Source of the DNA: Patescibacteria group bacterium
GTDB lineage: Bacteria > Patescibacteriota > Patescibacteriia > 2-01-FULL-39-33
Reading direction: 5' to 3'
Length of the DNA stretch: 32,000 bases
Assembly: GCA_041662745.1 (NCBI GenBank)
Contig: JBAZRV010000001.1
Coordinates: 120,001-152,000, forward strand
The notes below the pieces were generated by a model. It was not told the DNA's origin. It saw nothing but the letters and a program-made list of their open reading frames with translations, and made no database searches. A program made the translations under genes and the position numbers. Position 1 is the stretch's first letter. Every line of letters starts with the position of its first letter. Below are positions 1 to 7,210 of this stretch, in pieces.

Positions 1-13
1 TAAACAGAACAGT

Positions 14-3000
14 TTAATCTTTTAAGTTAGGATTGTATCTAAATAAAGCTTCTCGGCCGTCTTTATAACCATCGCCGTCACTGTCGGCATTAGCCGGTTG
101 AGTATTATAGATGTTAGTCTCATCGCTATCGGCCAGACCATCTTTATCGCTATCAATAAAACCGGCATCGTTCCTGATATAATCATTCTCAAAGCTTGAT
201 TGGATAATGATTAATCGGTTCTTCCATTTTTCCCCAAAAATATCAGCTGCTTCCTGCTCGCTAATATATTTCAAATTATTATTGCCAAAAACCATGTAAA
301 CTCTGGGACTATTATCAAAACTAATCAAGTTTGATCCGGGATTAGCCCTAACATGATCCCCTTCGGTTAACGCATCAAAGGTTGCTTGGTTGATTACTTC
401 TACTTTTTGTTGCGCCCAAGCGCCGGTATGCCAAGTCCAATAAGTCGCCTCGTTAACATATAAATGCCTTTTATTATCGTCAGTCACATGATAAACAGCT
501 GGATTGTTTGCTACTTTTATCATTCTGCCGGCAGTATAAATTCCCTTCCCAACCGTTGAAGCCGTCGAACTGCTTTCAATAATTGAACTGCCACACGGCT
601 GGCTCTCGGCCGGCCTCGTGCTGTTTTGTTTACAGCCGTGACTATCGGTGCAGGTTCTAATCTGCGTACCATTAGAACAAGCCATCCAAGCCGTGCAACC
701 CCACTTAGGCGTACAGGCTGAAGCGCAGGTTTGAGAAAGCGCCGGCCTATTGGCAACCGTACCGCAACTGCTTGAATCGGCGCATGTTCTGGTTTGATTA
801 TTGCCGGAACAAGCAGACCAAGAGCCACAAGTCCAATTTTCCGTACAATCCGATCCGCTTGAAGCGCAGGTTTGAGAAAGTGCCGGTCTGTTGGCAACCG
901 TACCGCAACCATTACTGTCAGTGCAGGTCCTGATCTGGCTATTATTAGAACAAGCAGACCAAGAACCACAAGTCCAATTTTCCGTGCAACCGGAAGCTGT
1001 CGTTGGTTTGATTTTAATTGCAATATCCTTTGAGAAACTGGGTATTGATCCGGTTAATACTCCGCCGACGGTCTGAACCTGCCCCTCGCTAATCAAACCG
1101 CCCGTTCCCCAAGTATTATAATATTGTATTTTGTAAGTACCGGCGCTAAGGCCGGGTAAAGTGAAAGTAGTATTGCTTATAACTCCATTGTTTTCTAATC
1201 CATACTGACTCCCGATATCATAAACCCATAAGTAAGCGGAATTATTTCCAACTAAACTGATATTTTGCAAAATATGAGAATTAAAAGCAACTGAAGTGGG
1301 ACAGCTGAAAGAATAATCTTTGATATAAAACCAATCGCGGCCGGTATTTTTAACCTGGATTGTGTGTGTTCCGGCCGGGATAGAAGCCTCCAATTCCAGA
1401 TTTGAGGCTCCGGCGGCCGGCGCCAATGAGGCAGCCACCACCCCATCAACCAAAATCTCCATGCTGCTCGGCAAATAAGCGTAATTGGAAACAGAGGGAA
1501 TAATAAGCTTGATAGTTGCCGGCGCATCAAAATTTGTATGAAAAATTGGATCGGAACGAAGGCTTTCTTGGATTGTTCCATGGAGATTAACGGTCATTTT
1601 TTCAAAATCTTCTATTTGCCCGTACTGATCAACATTAAATATTCGCTGTTGAGGCACATCATAAAAATTAATAAGGCCGGGAAGATTAGAACGAACAACA
1701 GTCTCTCTGGCCATCGTTTGAGTGGTTACCTGCACCTCAGTATTTATAAGGCCCTCATCGCCCCAAGTCTCGCCGTCCATAAAAAGGAATGGCGGTTTGA
1801 AAAGTTGATATAACCTTAAACTGCCACCGACATAAGAGGCGTACCAAATATGGGCTGATGATTTTAAAAACAACGATTCCCATATAATATTATGAAGATG
1901 CAATCCTTCCGCTAATTGCGAACGATACGGTTCGGAGAAGGAAGAATAAGTGAGTTCCGGCGCGTCATCGTCAGCTCCTAAACCAAATTCACCCGTAAAA
2001 ATCGGCTTGCCATACTGACGAAGTTTTTCTGTTGATGATTTAAGATAAGCGAAAATATCAGTGGTATAGGAATGAAGCTGTATTATATCCATATTGGACA
2101 ACGACCAAAACGGTGTTTCGTTGGCTTCAGTGTATCCGGCCTCAACGCTGGTAGTAATGGGGTGGTCAAAAGGATCAAGCTCCTTGATAAACCGCGCCAT
2201 CTCCTCATGCCAAGCAACGATAGCGTTTCGGTTGCTGGCGGCTCCGCTGGAATACATCACCTCATTAAATAATTCCCAACTTTGGACGGACGTGGAATAA
2301 CCCCAGCGGGCAATAATATAACGATATTTATTTTTGGTTAGACGAATTGCTTCTGCGTCGGTAAAAAATTGTTGCGGGTTGGTCAGCCAACCGCCATAAT
2401 CTGAATTAGCGCTGTTATAAGGATTATTGCGCCACTCGTCATAATTAAGAAATTGCTGAAAATATTGCAAAACAAGCTGAATGGCAACACCATTTTGTTC
2501 GGCAAGCTCAATAACCCTGTCTAATCGCCAAGAAATTTCAAGGCCGTATTGACCAACGCCATGATAATAGGGCGGCGGGCTGGTAATATTTTTGGGAGTC
2601 CATTCAATATTTTCTCCGGTATTATAACTGCTCATCCAAACTCTTTCCCAAGTAACGCCATTATCATGCATTTTTTGAAAATGAGCTGTCCACCAGGCTA
2701 GGCCGGTATTGTTACCGGCGCAAATTTGATTATAGCCAATAGGGGCAAATTGTTCTCCTGTTGTCCGTCGCAACAAAGAATGATCGCGTGAATCTATGCG
2801 GATAAAACCCTTTTTTGCCGAGGAGACGCATTGAAAACTATTGGCGCCTGGAATAGTCTGGGTGCCAATGCTGTCAGTCACACTAATGGTATAACTATGC
2901 GTGCCGAATTGGGTGGGAGCAAAACGAGCTTTCCAAGAAGGATTACGGCCATTGCCATAACGTTCGGGATTGCCGGCTGTAATATCATATTCCATATAAT

Positions 3001-3370
3001 AAAAAGCAGGGACAACCTTACTTGTTCCATCCGGTTGGATAAAAGTCACATCCACCTTTATCTGGTCGGCATCAAAAGGATTTTTATAAGTCGCGGTCTC
3101 AGAAGGATTTGAATAATTTCCTTCCAAAGTAAAGGTTAATTCAAATTTTTCATATTGGCCGATACTGTTTGAGTTTTGGGATTGGGAAATAACCGGATTA
3201 TCACCCGTCAATGCTTGAGCCACATTAATCTGTCTTGCTAGGCCAAACCCAAAAAACATTAAAATTAAAGTAATAAATAAAAAAACAGCTGGCCATAAAA
3301 ACTTGGCTATAGCTGTTTCAATTTTGTTACGACCGTTTAATTTCTTTATTTTCCGTGAAAATAAAGCCAT
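14..3370 (-). CDS. Secreted multidomain glycoside hydrolase (GH5-like catalytic domain) with Cys-rich repeats and a TSP3-like Ca-binding tail
   Basis: 1118-aa ORF. N-terminal membrane/signal anchor FLWPAVFLFITLILMFFGFGLA. GH5 hallmarks WELFNE (acid/base NE) and FTGEFG (nucleophile Glu). Ig-like N-terminal region resembling DUF5060-type domains. Three tandem six-Cys modules. C-terminal DxDxDG runs (DSDKDGLADSDE, DSDGDGYKDG). Confidence 0.8.
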   Translation of the reverse strand: MALFSRKIKKLNGRNKIETAIAKFLWPAVFLFITLILMFFGFGLARQINVAQALTGDNPVISQSQNSNSIGQYEKFELTFTLEGNYSNPSETATYKNPFDADQIKVDVTFIQPDGTSKVVPAFYYMEYDITAGNPERYGNGRNPSWKARFAPTQFGTHSYTISVTDSIGTQTIPGANSFQCVSSAKKGFIRIDSRDHSLLRRTTGEQFAPIGYNQICAGNNTGLAWWTAHFQKMHDNGVTWERVWMSSYNTGENIEWTPKNITSPPPYYHGVGQYGLEISWRLDRVIELAEQNGVAIQLVLQYFQQFLNYDEWRNNPYNSANSDYGGWLTNPQQFFTDAEAIRLTKNKYRYIIARWGYSTSVQSWELFNEVMYSSGAASNRNAIVAWHEEMARFIKELDPFDHPITTSVEAGYTEANETPFWSLSNMDIIQLHSYTTDIFAYLKSSTEKLRQYGKPIFTGEFGLGADDDAPELTYSSFSEPYRSQLAEGLHLHNIIWESLFLKSSAHIWYASYVGGSLRLYQLFKPPFLFMDGETWGDEGLINTEVQVTTQTMARETVVRSNLPGLINFYDVPQQRIFNVDQYGQIEDFEKMTVNLHGTIQESLRSDPIFHTNFDAPATIKLIIPSVSNYAYLPSSMEILVDGVVAASLAPAAGASNLELEASIPAGTHTIQVKNTGRDWFYIKDYSFSCPTSVAFNSHILQNISLVGNNSAYLWVYDIGSQYGLENNGVISNTTFTLPGLSAGTYKIQYYNTWGTGGLISEGQVQTVGGVLTGSIPSFSKDIAIKIKPTTASGCTENWTCGSWSACSNNSQIRTCTDSNGCGTVANRPALSQTCASSGSDCTENWTCGSWSACSGNNQTRTCADSSSCGTVANRPALSQTCASACTPKWGCTAWMACSNGTQIRTCTDSHGCKQNSTRPAESQPCGSSIIESSSTASTVGKGIYTAGRMIKVANNPAVYHVTDDNKRHLYVNEATYWTWHTGAWAQQKVEVINQATFDALTEGDHVRANPGSNLISFDNSPRVYMVFGNNNLKYISEQEAADIFGEKWKNRLIIIQSSFENDYIRNDAGFIDSDKDGLADSDETNIYNTQPANADSDGDGYKDGREALFRYNPNLKD
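584..988 (-). repeat. Three tandem coding repeats (141, 132, 132 nt), each encoding a six-cysteine module
   Basis: Units start at 988, 847 and 715 on the minus strand. They encode CTENWTCGSWSACSNNSQIRTCTDSNGCGTVANRPALSQTCAS, CTENWTCGSWSACSGNNQTRTCADSSSCGTVANRPALSQTCAS and CTPKWGCTAWMACSNGTQIRTCTDSHGCKQNSTRPAESQPCGS. Units 1 and 2 are also highly similar at DNA level. Confidence 0.9.
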
Positions 3371-3423
3371 ATTTATTAGATCTTTTAAATTATTATGAAA
3401 TAATTACCATTCTTTACTTATTC

Positions 3424-3453
3424 ATTTTAACATATAAAACAGTTTTTATCCAA
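3424..3453 (-). promoter_or_regulatory. Candidate sigma70-type promoter for the GH5-like gene
   Basis: Minus strand reads TTGGAT-N18-TAAAAT, with TGt immediately upstream of the -10 (extended -10). It lies about 50 nt upstream of the ATG at 3370. Confidence 0.3.
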
Positions 3454-3487
3454 CATTTTATCTATCTTTTAAGCCATAAAAACAAAA

Positions 3488-3513
3488 TTGTTACGTAGCC
3501 TGCTACGTAACAA
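3488..3513 (-). terminator. Intrinsic terminator closing the tRNA cluster
   Basis: Perfect 11-bp stem ttgttacgtag/ctacgtaacaa with 4-nt loop. On the minus strand it is followed by a U-rich run (caattttgtttt), 20 nt downstream of tRNA-Pro. Confidence 0.6.
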
Positions 3514-3533
3514 TTTATCAAAGTTTCGTCTTA

Positions 3534-3607
3534 TCGGGGTGACACGACTCGAACGTGCGACTTCTTGCTCCCAAAGCAAGCGCTCTAGCCAACTGAGCTA
3601 CACCCCG
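3534..3607 (-). tRNA. tRNA-Pro (anticodon UGG)
   Basis: Folds by hand as a 74-nt cloverleaf: CGGGGTG/CACCCCG acceptor, GCTC..GAGC D arm, anticodon stem CTTGC/GCAAG with loop TTTGGGA, T loop TTCGAGT. No encoded CCA. Confidence 0.95.
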
Positions 3608-3614
3608 TAAATAA

Positions 3615-3686
3615 AATTACGAACTGCGAATTAAAAACTACGATTTAATCATTTTTTTCGTAATTCATAATTCGCAGTTCGTAATT
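3615..3686. repeat. Perfect 18-bp inverted repeat (36-nt spacer) in the tRNA-Phe/tRNA-Pro spacer
   Basis: aattacgaactgcgaatt (3615-3632) is the exact reverse complement of aattcgcagttcgtaatt (3669-3686). On the transcript the hairpin is followed by UUUAUUU. Confidence 0.9.
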
Positions 3687-3702
3687 ATTTTACAATTCAG
3701 GA

Positions 3703-4016
3703 TGCCGAGGGCGAGAATTGAACTCGCGACACAAAGATTTTCCATATGCTTGCTTGAGTTTCCTCAAGGATTGGACTATTTCATCTTCGTATTCTTACGA
3801 ACTTAGAAGTCGGGCGCTAATGTGAGATTATTGTTGGGACTCACTCACTAGTCTCTACACCTTTTCCGGAAATTTTACCCGCCGGAACTTGGCTCGAGAT
3901 TGCCTATTCGTTAAAAACGAATTTAGGTTTCCTCGAATTCACCCGATTTTCATTTTAAGGTTTCCCTTAAACGGACCAAAAATCAGTCTTCTGCTCTACC
4001 ACTGAGCTACCTCGGC
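3703..4016 (-). tRNA. tRNA-Phe (anticodon GAA) interrupted by a group I intron; exon 1 = 4016..3985, exon 2 = 3742..3703
   Basis: The joined exons give GCCGAGGTAGCTCAGTGGTAGAGCAGAAGACTGAAAATCTTTGTGTCGCGAGTTCAATTCTCGCCCTCGGCA. This is a canonical 72-nt tRNA with anticodon loop CUGAAAA and a body typical of bacterial tRNA-Phe. The mature sequence is the same for any of the three ambiguous junction placements. No encoded CCA. Confidence 0.9.
3743..3984 (-). ncRNA. Group I intron, subgroup IC3-like, 242 nt, no internal ORF
   Basis: P1 is exon GACU with intron GGUC (U.G wobble at the splice site). P10 is exon GAAAA with intron UUUUU, immediately 5' of the guide sequence. P2 is UUUAAGG-GAAA-CCUUAAA. 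P3 is UCGGGUG/CGCCCGA. P4 is UUCGAGG/UCUCGAG. P5 is CCU[AA]AUUCG/CGAAUAGG. P6 is UUCCGG/CCGGAA. P7 is GACU/AGUC. P8 is UUCGUA-AGAA-UACGAA. P9 is CUUGAG-GAAA-CUCAAG. Conserved strings GAGCCAAG, AAGGUGUAGAGACUAG and AGUCCAAU are present, and the terminal nucleotide is G. Confidence 0.85.
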
Positions 4017-4104
4017 AAATTAGCTTATAGCTAATGGCCAATAGCTTATAGTAATTTATTAAAAACTATATGCCATACGCCATGAGCCATATGCTTTTTC
4101 GCTG

Positions 4105-4178
4105 TGCGCATACCAAGATTCGAACTTGGGACCTCGTCATTATCAGTGACGCGCTCTAACCAACTGAGCTATATGCGC
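4105..4178 (-). tRNA. tRNA-Ile (anticodon GAU)
   Basis: 74-nt cloverleaf: GCGCATA/TATGCGC acceptor, anticodon stem CGTCA/TGACG with loop CTGATAA, T arm CCAAG-TTCGAAT-CTTGG. No encoded CCA. Confidence 0.95.
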
Positions 4179-4218
4179 ATAATAAAGGGAGAAATCTCTC
4201 CCAAAGAACGGCAAAAAA

Positions 4219-4482
4219 TTAATTCAAATAAATGCAATTCTTGGCGAAAGTGACTTTAAATAAATTATCGGAAAAAAATTTGATCAATTTTTTCCGTTCT
4301 TCCGCTGACAGAACTGGCAGATGAATCGTATCACTATAAGGAATATAATTCTCACCTCGGCCGTCGCACAAAATATACATCCTGCCGAAGATGAACTCTA
4401 CCCATTGATTTAAGGCGTGTAATTCGCGAATAGCATTAAGCGCAATAGTGTTACATTTGAAATCATCCGGTTTTGGAAACAT
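4219..4482 (-). CDS. Hypothetical 87-aa protein lying between the 16S rRNA gene and tRNA-Ile
   Basis: ORF with ATG preceded by AGGAGG at 7-nt spacing (minus strand ...AAAAGGAGGGAGAGCAATG). No family recognised by eye. Confidence 0.6.
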   Translation of the reverse strand: MFPKPDDFKCNTIALNAIRELHALNQWVEFIFGRMYILCDGRGENYIPYSDTIHLPVLSAEERKKLIKFFSDNLFKVTFAKNCIYLN

Positions 4483-4534
4483 TGCTCTCCCTCCTTTTTA
4501 GTTTACAATTCTAAAAGAACAAAATCACTTAATT

Positions 4535-4563
4535 AATATATCAAAATAATGCCGGTTGTTCAA
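4535..4563 (-). promoter_or_regulatory. Candidate promoter for the 87-aa ORF and the tRNA-Ile/Phe/Pro cluster
   Basis: Minus strand reads TTGAAC-N17-TATATT, located between the post-16S hairpin and the ORF. Confidence 0.4.
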
Positions 4564-4571
4564 TATCCATT

Positions 4572-4615
4572 AAAAAATCCCGACTCCCGCTCTTCCGCGG
4601 GGCGGGATTTTTTTT
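4572..4615. terminator. Terminator-like GC hairpin about 110 nt downstream of the 16S 3' end
   Basis: atcccg..tcccgc-tcttcc-gcgggg..cgggat forms a 6+6 bp interrupted stem. It is flanked by A6 upstream and T8 downstream, so a U-run follows the hairpin on either strand. Confidence 0.5.
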
Positions 4616-4720
4616 GACAACTAGATAGCGGTAAAAAGCTTTCCAAACCCATTCTTATGCCTTTCGGCACAAGAGCGACCATGAGACAAATTCGTGAGAA
4701 CTGTCTCAATTTCTCCTTAG

Positions 4721-6195
<1,475 letters not shown>

Positions 6196-6506
6196 GATGA
6201 ATAAAAGGGTTCCTTATCAACACCGAAGTGAGATAAAGAAATTTCATTCAACTGGCTTTGCAACTAGATTACGATCAGTTGCCAACCGTTTTTTGCTTTA
6301 TGACTTGCGCTAAGGGCGCGCCGGCGAACCGGTTGTCATAAAGTTGGATTGAAAGTATTGTAGTGAATTCGGTTTACTCCGCGGGGGCGGAAACGAATTC
6401 ATAATAAACTCAAATTTAAATTCTTTGGTTTGGTGCTTTTTACCACTATTCAGTTGTCAAATTTCATTTCTCAACACTCATCCGCCTTGTTCTTCCTGTT
6501 CTCCTT

Positions 6507-6600
6507 TGTCATTCCCGCGCAGGCGGGAATCCAGGTTTTATGGATTCCTGATATTTTTGTTTCGGCCATTAGGCCTTAACACAAAAATTCAGGAATGACA
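6507..6600. repeat. 94-nt nested palindromic (REP/MITE-like) element in the 16S leader
   Basis: Terminal inverted repeat tgtcattcc...ggaatgaca. Internal hairpins are attcccgc-gcag-gcgggaat, ggaatcca-ggtttta-tggattcc and attcctga(t)atttttgt...acaaaaattcaggaat, and they share the ggaatcc/ggattcc arms. Confidence 0.6.
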
Positions 6601-6798
6601 GGGTGAGGAAACGGCTGATTTTTGAGTTAAGAAAAAACAGAGGGATCCGACTTGACGAACTTTGCCTGAAGCAAAATTCATTTCAGATACCACTGTTTTC
6701 CCTTTTTTATCTCACCGCAATATCAATGCCGGCGGATAAAACAACTTAATTTTGATTTCTTTTTGGGAAAGAGTTTGGTGTTAAGTTTTTACCCTCTA

Positions 6799-6827
6799 AT
6801 TTTATCTTATTTTAGAAAGAATGTCAA
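6799..6827 (-). promoter_or_regulatory. Candidate 16S rRNA promoter
   Basis: Minus strand reads consensus TTGACA-N17-TAAAAT, about 600 nt upstream of the mature 16S 5' end and just downstream of the terminator of the preceding unit. Confidence 0.5.
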
Positions 6828-6903
6828 GGATAATTAATAAAGAATAAATAATAAGCCAAAATCATTACATTATTAGCTAAATTTAGACAAAATTAAGCCA
6901 AAT

Positions 6904-6928
6904 AAAAACCGCCGGCCTTAACCGACGA
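6904..6928 (-). terminator. Intrinsic terminator ending the trmD transcription unit
   Basis: Minus-strand RNA reads (U)CGUCGG-UUAAGG-CCGGCG(G) followed by UUUUUAUUU. Confidence 0.55.
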
Positions 6929-6977
6929 TTTTTGAGTAAACTCATTTATGCACAGCATTTGCACAAACCCGCTTTCA

Positions 6978-7136
6978 TTATTCAGCGGCTTCTTCAGCCG
7001 GAGCTTCGGTAACTTCGGGCATAGCTTCTTCAGTGGCAACCTCGGCTGTCGGCTCTGCGGTTTCTTCGGTGGCAGCGACTTCTTCAGTCGGGGCAACAAC
7101 AGTATTGTCGTCGTCGCCTAAAAATTGAAATGACAT
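6978..7136 (-). CDS. Possible 52-aa acidic low-complexity protein (MSFQFLGDDDNTVVAPTEEVAATEETAEPTAEVATEEAMPEVTEAPAEEAAE)
   Basis: ATG-to-TAA ORF below the track size cut-off. It sits in a GC-rich patch between trmD and the terminator at 6904-6928. It has no SD, and the patch is open in several frames, so coding status is uncertain. Confidence 0.25.
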   Translation of the reverse strand: MSFQFLGDDDNTVVAPTEEVAATEETAEPTAEVATEEAMPEVTEAPAEEAAE

Positions 7137-7210
7137 GTGTTTGTGGTTATTAGTTAATTATTTTTTAATCATACGCTACAAATGGCGATTCGTCAATAAT
7201 TGGAAATGAC

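Noticed and set aside
520-1076. Track ORFs 520..1023 (-) and 891..1076 (+) overlapping the Cys-rich repeat region.
   Set aside because: These are alternative-frame or antisense shadows of the 1118-aa gene. They are kept open by the GC-rich tandem repeat, and their translations are low-complexity.
3703-4016. Reading the interrupted tRNA as tRNA-Ile(GAU), because the 5' half continues ...CUGAUU, or as a disrupted tRNA pseudogene.
   Set aside because: The U.G wobble in P1 (GACU/GGUC), the terminal intron G and the P10 pairing place the junction so that the loop becomes CUGAAAA. The tRNA body matches Phe, and a separate intact tRNA-Ile(GAU) lies 90 nt away. The insert has a full group I core rather than random sequence.
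4219-4482. Weak GIY-YIG-like spacing (RMY-x9-YIP) in the 87-aa ORF, which could have tied it to the nearby intron as a free-standing homing endonuclease.
   Set aside because: The motif glycines and the downstream Arg/Glu/Asn positions are not evident, and the protein is too short. The resemblance is probably chance. Only a profile search could revive the idea.
6763-6774. boxA-like antitermination motif (minus strand ACTCTTTCCCAA versus consensus GCTCTTTAACAA), about 25 nt downstream of the predicted 16S transcription start.
   Set aside because: Only 9 of 12 positions match, and no boxB/boxC context is recognisable. This is too weak to call without comparative data.
6196-6890. Whether the 700-nt gap upstream of the 16S hides RNase P RNA, tmRNA, SRP RNA or another housekeeping ncRNA.
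   Set aside because: I found no GAGGAAAGUCC-type P4 motif, no tRNA-like GGUUCGAnUCC...CCA end and no GGAAGCAGCC SRP motif on either strand. The region is best explained as an rRNA leader plus a palindromic element. A covariance-model scan would be decisive.
6893-7099. 68-aa basic ORF (MLPRLKKSLPPKKPQ...) from the track.
   Set aside because: It is a low-complexity frame of the GC-rich patch and runs through the terminator hairpin at 6904-6928. The acidic frame is marginally more plausible, and even that one is weak.
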